In this document: positions 53,103 to 64,000 of the stretch, piece after piece
Layout of the letters: every line of letters starts with the position of its first letter
Position numbering within the stretch: the stretch's first letter is position 1
Assembly (NCBI GenBank): GCA_951406725.2
Contig: OX597828.1
Location: 68,386,001-68,450,000 of the forward strand
DNA: 64,000 nucleotides
DNA from: Octopus vulgaris
Lineage: Eukaryota
Reading direction: 5' to 3'
Made by a program: the position numbers and the translations under genes
The notes under the pieces: model-generated
The model's input: the letters and a program-made list of their open reading frames with translations, nothing else
What the model was told of the DNA's origin: nothing
Database searches by the model: none

Positions 53103-53126
53103 TAATAATAATGATAATAATAATAA

Positions 53127-53187
<61 letters not shown>

Positions 53188-54072
53188 CTTTTTTTTAAAA
53201 CGATGGCAAGAAAAGCCCCTTCATGGTAAATACTGCACTAAACTAAACGCAAAAGAAATAGACAAAGAAAAATCCCAGCAATGGTTGAGAAGCTCAGGAC
53301 TCAAAGCAGAAACAGAGGGATTTTTAATTGCAGCACAAGACCAAAGCCTCCCCACCAGAAATTACCAAAAACATGTAATGAAAAGAAATATTACAAGTAA
53401 CTGCAGAATATGTGGAGATGGACAAGAAACAATAAATCATATTATCTCTAGCTGCCCAGTCCTGGCTAAGAAGGAATATATTCACAGACATGACAGAGTT
53501 GGAACCTACATACATTGGAAGCTATGCCAACATTATGGAATAACAACAGAAAAAAGATGGTATAGGCACACACCAGAAAAGGTCACAGAAAACGAGAAAG
53601 CAACCATACTCTGGGATATGCCGATACACACAGATAGAGAAATTAAGGCCAACAGACCAGATATAGTTGTCAGAGATCATGAAGAAAAAAAAATGCTTTT
53701 TAATTGATGTATCAATACCGGCAGATGACAACGTGTCTCTAAAAGAAATGGAGAAACTCTCAAAATACAAAGACCTGGAAATAGAGGTAACTAGAATGTG
53801 GAATCTGAAAACAGAAACAATTCCTATCATAGTAGGTGCATTAGGCATGATAAAAAAATATTCAGACAAATACATAACAAAAACACCAGGACTTACAAAC
53901 ACATATAACATACAGAAAATTGCACTACTAGGCACTGCCCACATCCTACGCAGAACACTTTCCATACAATAATCATCAGAGCATCACAACAAATCACAGC
54001 ACATACCCAAGGCACACAGAGCTGTGCTCGGTAGTGAAGTGAAAGCACGCTATAAAAATAAAAATAAAACTA

Positions 54073-54076
<4 letters not shown>
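53188..54076 (+). mobile_element. R4/Dong-type 3' fragment D: CCHC zinc knuckle + restriction-like endonuclease
   Basis: WQEKPLHGKY, ETEGFLIAAQDQ, CRIC..ETINHIISSC, RHDRVG, NRPDIVV...LIDVSIP...KYKDL; one frameshift in the A-run near 53690; (AAT)n on both sides. Confidence 0.92.
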
Positions 54077-54112
<36 letters not shown>

Positions 54113-54115
<3 letters not shown>

Positions 54116-54496
54116 GCTTTCTAATTGATGTATCAATACCAGCAGATGACAACGTGTCTCTAAAAGAAATGGAGAAACTTTCAAAATACAAAGACCTGAA
54201 AATAGAGGTAATTCGAATGTGGAATCTAAAAACAGAAACAATTCCTATCATAGCAGGCGCAATAGGTATGTTAAAAATTAAACCCCATTCGAACAAATAC
54301 ATAACAAAAACATCAGGGCTTACAATTATATATAACATACGAAAAATAGCCCTACTAGGCACCGCACACATCCTATGTAAAACACTTTCAATACAGTAAC
54401 CATCAGAGCATCACAACAAATCACAGCACATACCCAAGGCACACAGAGCTGCGCTCGGTAGTGAAGTGAAAGCACGCTATAAAAATAAAACTACTG
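54113..54496 (+). mobile_element. R4/Dong-type 3' fragment E (same family as D, more truncated)
   Basis: Near-identical to 53691-54076, with scattered differences; flanked by (AAT)n. Confidence 0.9.
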
Positions 54497-54644
54497 AATA
54501 ATAATAATAATAATAATAAAAACTGATACAGATGAGGAATAGAAATATGTGAGAGTCTTTTAAGTCCTTCCTTTGATGGTACAAAGGTAAGAATAATTTG
54601 TTGCAGATTCGCCAACGTAAGAATATAACAAAGATTATTTGTGC

Positions 54645-54815
<171 letters not shown>

Positions 54816-54829
54816 CTCTTTCCCTACAC

Positions 54830-55430
54830 ATTCTACATGCAGCCTTAGACGTCTTCCTTATCTATATTCTCCCTGGTGTATCATGTTCTGGATTGCTTGA
54901 TCCTCTACAGCTCGGATCAAGCTATTTGTCTCTTTCACACTCTGTTCTTTAATATTTGAAATGGCATTTGATTTCGATTCTCTTCAGAACTTGGAGCAAA
55001 AAAAAAAAAATCCCCATTTCGTGTAAACTTTCTTTGTTTATGCTCCAGTTCCAGAAATTCTCTTCTTTCTCTTTTCCTTATTGCCATCAAAAACACCTCA
55101 TCACTGTCACAAATATACTTCCTCAACCTCTCTGCCCTTACCCCCACACAAGCCTTCTCAACAATCCTCTCCCTCTATACTTTTTGCTGAAATACAATCC
55201 ATCAGAATTTGCCTGGGATTGTAAAGCTCTGGAGATTTCGTGCAATTTCCTTATGTTTCTATCTTCGTTCTCAAGATCTTTCTTTGTCCTTTTGATTATT
55301 CCGGTGCTGTACCTGTTGATGGACACCGTTCTTGAGTTTTTATGGCAGTCATGGTATTTATGCCATTCAGTTTAGATTTTAATATCCGCTTTACCCTTCG
55401 GAAATATTCTTTCTTGGGTTTGTTTCTCAG
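54830..55430 (-). mobile_element. Degenerate R4-type RT C-terminal fragment
   Basis: Minus-strand translation INRYSTGIIK...DRNIRKL...SDGLYFSKKYRGRGL resembles the LYLPRxxGGRGL motif. Confidence 0.55.
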
Positions 55431-55690
55431 GAACTAAACAACAGCATCAACAATCTAGTAAGAACAACAACAACAATAGCAATAATAAGCTGGCAAAAAC
55501 AAGAACGAGATGCAATAACTAGAACAACAATGACAAGCTGGAAACAATAGAAGCAATAACAAAAAGAAGCTGGCAAGAATAACAACAACAACCACGGCAA
55601 CAAAGTAAGTGAACCTCTACGAGGTCGCATGATCTGCTAGAAATAGCAGAAAATTCTCTCTTCCTTATTAAATGAAGGACGTGTTATATA

Positions 55691-56108
55691 CATTTCTTTA
55701 CTACCCACAAGGGACTAAACACAGAGAGGACAAACAAGGACAGACAGACGGATTAAGTCGATTATATCGACCCCAGTGCGTAACTGGTACTTATTTCATC
55801 GACCCTGAAAGAATGAAAGGCAAAGTCGACCTCGGCGGAATTTGAACTCAGAACGTAGCGGCAGACGAAATACCTATTTCTTTATTACCCACAAGGGACT
55901 AAACACAGAGGGGACAAACAAGTACAGACAAACGGATTAAGTCGATTATATCGACCCCAGTGCGTAACTGGTACTTATTTAATCGACCCCGAAAGGATGA
56001 AAGGCAAAGTCGACCTCGGCGGAATTTGAACTCAGAACGTAGCGGCAGACGAAATACCGCTTAGCATTTCGCCCGTCGTGCTAACGTTTCTGCCAGCTCG
56101 CCGCCCTC
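55691..56108 (-). mobile_element. Tandem dimer of SINE family 1 within a single TSD
   Basis: Two units (55692-55873 and 55875-56105) enclosed by the 15-bp direct repeat aggacgtgttatata at 55676 and 56109. Confidence 0.85.
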
Positions 56109-56338
56109 AGGACGTGTTATATAATAACATGTCCTATTAGATGCACAAACCAAGAGAGGAAAAAAAGAACAAAACAACATAACAAAACTGAACGGTCCTC
56201 GCTGGAATGCCTGTTCATAGACCTGTCCAGTAAGGCAGACCCTGGGTTAAACAAGAGCAAGCAGAAGAAGACTGAAACAATAACGATAATGGTAGAAGTG
56301 TGGAGAGCAAAAATGGCAACTTGCACAACAAGTTATTT

Positions 56339-56403
<65 letters not shown>

Positions 56404-56670
56404 GTGGGGAGAGAAAGAAGCCGCCATTATCGGCGTGACTTTTATATATTTTGACGGTCATAGGGGCCAGTGAATATATATATATATAAACTATTTCAAA
56501 CACTAGAGATCTCCACTAATAATCAGCACGTGACTAACCGCAATTTCTAATGTTGCCGTTCTTTTTACCTACAGCTCGGCAAATACCAGCCAATCATATA
56601 TATATACACATATATACATATATACATATATACATATCCATATATATATGTGTGTATATATATACATATA

Positions 56671-56732
<62 letters not shown>

Positions 56733-56792
56733 GTATATATATATATATATATATACACACACATACATACGTATATTTGTATATGTATTATG

Positions 56793-56836
<44 letters not shown>

Positions 56837-59174
56837 TGTATACATATACACAATCATATTCATACATAAGTATCCATGCGCCCCCATATAATTGTGAGTA
56901 TGTGTGTGTGTGTGCGTGTACACACGCACATATATGCACACATACATTATACATTCATGCACACATACTAACGTACATGCATACATGCATACATACGTAC
57001 ATACGTACGTATGTACATACCTATATGCGTTTGTGTAGATACGAGTTAATTAACTTTGAGGTCCTCTCTTCCCTTTGATTATTACTTTGTCCCCACTACC
57101 CCTCTCTGAAGAAAAGGATTAAGACAACAACAACAACAACAACAATGATAACATTAATAGTGATATAAAGAAGAAAATGAAGAATAAGAAACATATTAAA
57201 TTATTATTATTATTATTATCAACGTATTTAGTGTATTTTATTGTGTGAGGGGTAAATCTATCTGCTAAGTGGTTACATCAGCTGTGAATGTGACCACTAG
57301 TGCCAACCTATCCTGTCTACCGACTGCTCTGTGTTGGACATCTCTGTCCAGTCCAATCCATTCCAGTCCAATCCTCTTCTGTCCAGTCGCATCTGTCCAG
57401 CTCCGTCCACTTCTATACAGTTCAGCTGAATCAGTCCTTGATTACCAAACGAGGAAGAAAATATGACAGTAAGTTTATTAATTAGTTTTACTTATTAACA
57501 TTGATATTTCATATTTTATGCATGTTACTGTTTTTATTGACTATTAAGCCATCCTTTGACCGAGCAGTCGTTCCAACCGTGACTGTTACGACTTTTGAAT
57601 GCTTATCAACAGCTGCATTACCTAATGTGTTCTGACCTTTTTAAGGATGCTTGGTGATTTGAAAGAGATTTGGGAAAGAGATTTGAAGGGGATTTGGTCA
57701 AGCAAGTGAAGCGATTACTTAGAGGCCTCCTCTAAGTCTAAGATTAGCTCTAAACAAACAAATCAATGGTCAAAGACATCCCAACTACGACCATCTCAAC
57801 TTATTTTCAGGCAACACACTCAGGACTATATTGTCTAAAGTACTGTTCCTATTTTAAAAGCAATGAGGTAAGGTTAGAGGGGGATTTAGCTGCTATGTTC
57901 TAATAGGTACCTCTCATTAAATTGGTGAAATTCAGGCGATTGATTAGAGTTTTGCTGATGATGTTCTAAACATCTGTAGGTCACTTGGTACATTTGTAGA
58001 TCATCTGTTGGTCGTAGTTTGCAGTGGCGGTGGTGGGGATGTGAGTTATGGCTGGACATAAGGAAGTTTCATAAGTGAAGGAAAGACTGGGCGAAATGTT
58101 AAGGATGTCGTAGCTTTGGATGGAAATAGGAGATGGAGTGCAGCATCCTGGATAGACCGAAGATCGTGAATGTTTCCAGTGGGAGGAAATTGCCCAACAG
58201 TTATGACACTACATAAATTTTTGATTCCAGAACGTATTTAATAAGTCTGTCCCAGTACAATGAACTCATACTTTGCTTAAAATTCTTAAAAAATGAAACC
58301 AAACTTCCACACCACATTCAGTTGGGACACCCTGTATCACTTATACTTATTTTACAAATCATATTATCCATTGCTTATTTGCCGTTCATACAAAACATTT
58401 TCATGAAACTAATTGAGCTATCGAATTTAGAAATATTTTACAGGTTTCCTTGTTTATGTTCGATTACTTTGAATATTGATTTTTTTGTGGGTCCAGTTTC
58501 TAATTTTTGCAGACAATATCACTTTCTTTTACTTTATTTGACACGTGAGTAAAACTCGTGTCTGGAAACCTCGTGACATAGATTGTTGAAAAATCGATAA
58601 TAGATGGATCCTTCAATCTACTACATATTACTAATATTCTATTTAAACACGCCAAGGGAAATAACCCATACCACCTGCAGTTTTTAGCGATGCGATCAAT
58701 ATTTGATTCTCACGATCAGCCAACCTAATTCTACATTTCATTACTCACAGTTTTGAACTGCTAAACATTATCATTGCACTTCCTTAATTTGAATCACTTC
58801 ATTCATACATTTCTACACATACATGGTTTTTTGAATGCCCATTACACCGATAATTCTGCATTATTACAGTTACACTTTCTCCATGACAGTAGATAAATTT
58901 TTTCCACAACGTATTTGTAGTGGGTTCATGCAGGCATAGCGTGGATTCGATCCTCGATTGCCAAATTTCACTTAACACTTCAACAGCGCTTTCCTCATGG
59001 TAAAACAATAGTTTTTCTGTGAACAACAACCTCTCTCGCCAACCTCCGGAAACATCTCTCTCTCCTCCAGCTGACAGTTTTTGTACTTTTTTGTGACGGA
59101 AAATACACCTTTTGTGGCAGTTATAACGAAATTGCTTTCTTATATCAGAATAATAAGGCGTTTCAATAGAACAT

Positions 59175-59375
59175 CTTTACAAAGAAAATGAAAGACGAAG
59201 ACAGGTGTAGGAACAACAAGCAGGTGTATTAATTTAACGCTCGGGAAAAATGGAAATGTCTTTTACGTTTCGAGCCTACGCTCTTCGACAGAAAGGATTA
59301 AAAGGACAAAAGGAGAGAAAGAATGAAAAAAACGGAGAGAGAAGAAAGTGCAGAGTTCAATGGTCCAACATGGCG
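59175..59375 (-). repeat. Penelope-like terminal repeat fragment with a minimal hammerhead variant
   Basis: Minus strand reads CTTT-CTGTCGA-A-GAGC-GTAG-GCTC-GAAA-CG-TA-AAAG at 59260-59295. Confidence 0.6.
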
Positions 59376-59564
59376 AGATATACGAGTATATATATCTGTA
59401 TGTGTATGTATGTATGTATGTATTATGTATGTATAACGGACGTATAGAATATGTCAGAGGTGTATAACAACATCCGATAGTCTGACCGATATAGTGGTAA
59501 GTGATATATAATGCATTATATATTGTATGACATATATGACTTATATACTACAATATTGTGTAGA

Positions 59565-59905
59565 GGTAAAGCCTCCCTTCGGTCATGACTGACCATGGGA
59601 TTGCACCAAGAAAGTTCCCCTCTGAGGCACAAGTCTGAGCAAGGTTGTTTATGGAAGACCAGCAGTCGCCCATGCATACCAGCCTCCCCACCTCCACGCC
59701 ACCGATGTTATCCAAAAGAAAGGCAAAGGGGCCGATACAGCTTGGTACCAGTGACGTCACAATTCCTTTCTACAGCTGAGTGAACTGGAGCAACGTGAAA
59801 TAAAGTGTCTTGCTCAAGAATACAATGCACAACCTGGCCCGGGAATCGAACTCGTACCTCATGATTGTGACCCCGACGCTTTAACCGCTGAGCTATGCAC
59901 CTTCT
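59565..59905 (-). mobile_element. tRNA-derived CORE-like SINE
   Basis: Minus strand: tagctcagcggtt (A box), gagttcgattccc (B box), tcttgagcaagacacttt...ccagttcactcagctg. Related copies at 26030-26290(-) and 22443-22740(+). Confidence 0.65.
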
Positions 59906-60245
59906 CATTGCAATATTGTATAACGTGTATAATATTGTGTTGGATGACGTATTGTATATATCTAATGGCATATAGAACAACATTAAAGGACGTTTAGTCA
60001 TATAAATGAGTGTAGCACAAAACAAACAAAATATTAAACGTTTGAAATTCAAGAATATTCTTTTATAATTCCAGTTTGTGTTGTATATCACTTCCATTTG
60101 CTTCTGGCTGTTGGCGCTTTTTTGTGGAGCTGAAAGGAAAATCTCTCTTCAAGGTAAGCAACAGAACGTTTGCCATTTCGACTACTCTACTAGTCTTACT
60201 TCATGCAGTGGTGGTGGTGATGACACAACAACAACAACAACAACA

Positions 60246-60309
<64 letters not shown>

Positions 60310-61926
60310 GTCTTTAGCACAGGCACAAGTACTGACATTTGGGAAAGAGGACTAGTCGATATCATCGAACTCAGTTATTAGACGGCATTTAATTTTACCA
60401 AAACCCGGAACGTAAAGTTAAGAAAGAATTTGTACTCAAAACATAACGAAGTACAGTTAAATACCACAAGCCATTTTGTCATTTGCTTAACCAGCCCCAT
60501 ACAGCAGTTTCCAAACTCTCGTCTCCAATGCGAGCAAAAACTCATTTCACTCCTCAGACATCGCTCCTAACACTCAACTTCTACACTTTTTCTTCAGCAG
60601 GCACATCATTACCTCACACAGTCGGCACACACAAATACATATATACATCCAAAACCCACTTGCTCCCATACAAACATACTACCTAAATAGACTATTTTCC
60701 ATTGAATACTTTTCTTCCGTTCGTTATACGCCCCCGCCACACGAAAAAAAGCAAAAACAAAAAAAAAACACATATGATGAAAATCAAATTCAACTTTGGC
60801 TGGACTTGAACTCAGACCATGAAGTGAATTAAAAATAGCTAAAAGTAAATTCATCAGGCAATTCCTTGTGCGTCTACCCACCAAATTATGCCAATCAGCA
60901 CGTCTTCTTCTCACGTCATCATGGCATAAATGGTTCGTCTGCTATTTTTGTTGTTACACAGTTCAACAATAATTAGATTGGCATTTTGTTGTGGATACTA
61001 TATAATTGGTTTGGCATTTTATTTTCTATCGATAATCGTATAATAGAATAAGATGCCGCATAAATATTATTGCATTTCGTTATTGCTTATATCTGTGAAA
61101 GAGGTTTTAACACAACGTCGTTCGCAACTCAAGAAAAACAAAAAACAAAAAAACAGAAGAAAAATAATATAAAGCAAAACTAAATATTTTTCTCTTATTG
61201 TGTTTTTTTATATAAGTTGTTTCTTTCTTAGTTTATTTTCTATTTTCGGATGGGAAAACGTCTTAATTGAAAATCACAAACAACAAATAGTTGCAATAAA
61301 CGAATTTATTATATTGATAAGCTCGACCTGTTTGCTGCTGCTGGTGATGGTGGTGGTGGTGGTGACGACGACGATGACGATGACAATAATAATAATAATA
61401 ATAATAATGATAATTGGTACGAGTGTGCTGATAATGCTCTTGCAGCAGCTTCTGAGAATAATGGTAAACAGCGATAAGAATATTAGATTCTTATCATTAG
61501 TGACGTCTGTCGCAGAAATTGGACATGTGAGGAGATATTTTCGTTTCGGAAATATTTACTTATTTCATTATTTATGTTCAATGTTGATATTGTTTGTTTG
61601 GTGGAATAGGAACATATCTAAATATAGCAACTCGCAGCCGTACAAAGTGGGAGGAAAGATAAAAATAGATTAGGAGATACAGATTTAGTCAAGAATGATT
61701 TGATCACATACACACACACACACACATTATTTACTAACAGTTTGACTCCACGCAAATTAGTCTTGTAGGCTCGTTGAACGAACCTATGTATACATAATAC
61801 ATACACACACAATACATACATACATACATACATACATACATACATACACACACGCACATCCATCCATCTATCCATCCATCCATCCATCCATCCATCCATC
61901 CATCCATCCATACATACATACATACA

Positions 61927-61961
<35 letters not shown>

Positions 61962-62000
61962 CTATATCTACATATATGAAAACAAAGTGTACGTACGCCG

Positions 62001-62039
<39 letters not shown>

Positions 62040-62058
<19 letters not shown>

Positions 62059-62256
62059 CAAAATGGGACAAGAACGCAAAACATCCAAATAGACGATACA
62101 AAAAACACGGACGGGTCATTCGAAGCCTTTAATCTTCAGTCAGGAATCGGATCATCCTCTGCGAGGATTAGAGGCTTCGAATGACCCGTCCGTGTTTTTT
62201 GTATCGTCTATTTGGATGTTTTGCGTTCTTGTCCCAGTTTGTATTTTTTATATATA
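62040..62256. repeat. Hairpin element with ~90-bp arms next to a (TA)n run
   Basis: aaaatacaaaatgggacaagaacgc...tcgaagcc pairs with ggcttcga...gcgttcttgtcccagtttgtattttt. Confidence 0.8.
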
Positions 62257-62277
62257 TATCTACATATATCATATATT

Positions 62278-62930
62278 TACAAGATGCATTCCAGAAGTTT
62301 CGAGACTGTTTCAGGAGAGACATTTCTTAATTTCAAAGACGTACAAAACCCTAATCACTTTCAAAGTAGGGTCCTCTGATTTCAATGCACTTGGTGTAGC
62401 GCTCAAGCCACTTCATGGAGGGCCCATGGAAGTCTTTCAAAGTGAAGGAGTCCACGACCCTTGTCACAACCCTCTTCATCTTTAGCTTGGGGAACAAAGT
62501 CACAAGCATCAAGGACTGGATTGTCGGGAGGGTGAGGGTCAGTTTTGATACCCGTCTTTGTCAAGTAGTTGGTCACCAGAACGAAAATGTGGACTGTTGC
62601 ATTATTTTAGTGCAGGTGCTCCGGCCTTTTGCTCTGACATTTTTCTGAACGCCCTTAAAACTTTCACAAAATACCCTTTGTTGACCCTCTGGCCAGAGAA
62701 AACCCAATAGATGCAGATGATGCCCTTGCTGTAGAAAAAGGGGATCATCATGGGTTTCCCGGTAAATTTGCTCCAGCTGGCCTCTTGAGCCAGCGAAGAG
62801 CAGATACTCGGCACGGTTAAGCCCATAAGCAGTCTGGAGCGTTTCACAAGTTTGTGTAGCGTTTTTGCCCAGTTTAACAGAAAACTTTTGCACAATGAAT
62901 TCCCAAATTGTCTTCACGTCCCGATTGCAT
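62278..62930 (-). mobile_element. Internally deleted mariner transposon relic
   Basis: KFSVKLGKNATQTCETLQTAYG (mariner HTH N-terminus) and KPMMIPFFYSKGII..WV.SGQRVNKGYFVKVL (catalytic region); frameshifted. Confidence 0.75.
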
Positions 62931-63216
62931 TCTGCTCTCTACTCAAATGTGAAAAGCAGTGTTTAGTAGGATGTGTTCAAAATGATGTTACAGCCGTCTC
63001 CTTCGATTTAAAATAACAAAAGTTGGCCGCAAGTCAGCTTTTAGATTTATTGTAATGATATACTAAAATTACAATAATGTGGAACAGTTATAACGGCCTC
63101 TTCTAAAAAATGTTAAAAACTTCTGGAATGTGTACACACAGAGTGACGGAGAGACACACACACACGCGCACACACACGCGCGTACATACACACACACACG
63201 CACACGTACACACAAA

Positions 63217-63294
<78 letters not shown>

Positions 63295-64000
63295 ATTCTC
63301 TTTTGGGGCGATGGATATCAGAACCTCAAAGCAGATAAAGTTATAAATAACAGAGTTCAAATTTCGGTTTGAAAAAGCGCTTTGGATACAGAAGTCAAAC
63401 TCTGCCCGTGGGGTTCGAACCTATATCTCCTGTAAACATGACACACATGCTCACAGACTAGAGAAAAAGTGTTGACTCTCTCTTATTGAATATAACTATG
63501 TCACTCATGTCAGCCGCCATCGAAGTGGATGAGACTACGAGTTTTTAAAAACGCTTTAACGTCTGTCCCATCAATCACCGACTTTTATGAACAAAACACG
63601 GAACAAATAATATAAGATGGCAGACGGGTTGTACGTCTCTGATTGGTTAGTACACATTCTGCATAGGTGTGATATTGATATGGGGCAAAAGAGAATATTC
63701 TCAAGGGAATTAGGGAAATAAGATGCAAGTGGTGACTATTAGATTCATGCCTGCAGAACATTCCGTAAGACAAATGACGGATCTTTTCGGTTTGAACGGC
63801 AGTTTTTAACATAATTTCTAGGTAACCAAAAAAATTTTAAACTTCGTATACTGGTAGACTGTGTTTATAAAACATCTTTTTCTCTTGGCTTTATTGAGAA
63901 AATTCTATAGTTTGTAAGATATTTTTTTGTTTTTTTTTCTTCAATTTCTGCAATTTCAACCAATCACTGACGTCTATCGAGGTAAAAAACATTCTGTGCC

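Noticed and set aside
58245-58337. Tc1/mariner-like terminal sequence (TACAGGGTGTCCCAAC on the minus strand)
   Set aside because: No matching second TIR or transposase nearby; too short to call an element.
63395-63465. tRNA gene on the minus strand (GGTTCGAACCCC T-loop)
   Set aside because: No convincing D-arm or acceptor stem could be folded; at most a decayed tRNA or SINE head.

Overview
AT-rich, microsatellite-dense eukaryotic genomic DNA. The SINE/LINE content and (CA)n/(TA)n/(AAT)n load look like a coleoid cephalopod, probably Octopus (inferred from pattern, not checked). Two intron-containing genes on the + strand can be rebuilt by hand from GT-AG exons. (1) The 3' ~80% of a vertebrate-like, type-2 (repressor-class) cryptochrome: exons from 1113 to 7151, with a probable last exon at 11814-11911. 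(2) A complete 7-exon secreted DNase I-family gene at 35385-49689, 294 aa, with all catalytic residues present. The rest is mobile DNA: a BovB-like RTE LINE, RTE and CR1 fragments, a cluster of R4/Dong-type retrotransposon 3' ends inside (AAT)n, non-autonomous Helitrons, piggyBac and hAT MITEs, a mariner relic and many SINEs. Main leads: (a) several unrelated repeat families carry minimal hammerhead-ribozyme scaffolds whose 3-8 core pair co-varies (C-G, U-A, G-C); (b) the cryptochrome encodes Ser (AGT, in a UAG context) at the conserved Gly of SPYLRFGCLS, with a candidate intronic complementary sequence, suggesting A-to-I recoding; (c) the DNase carries substitutions that match engineered actin-resistant/hyperactive DNase I variants. 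Most ORFs in the supplied track are microsatellite artefacts. All coordinates and comparisons were made by eye and from memory, with no database search.
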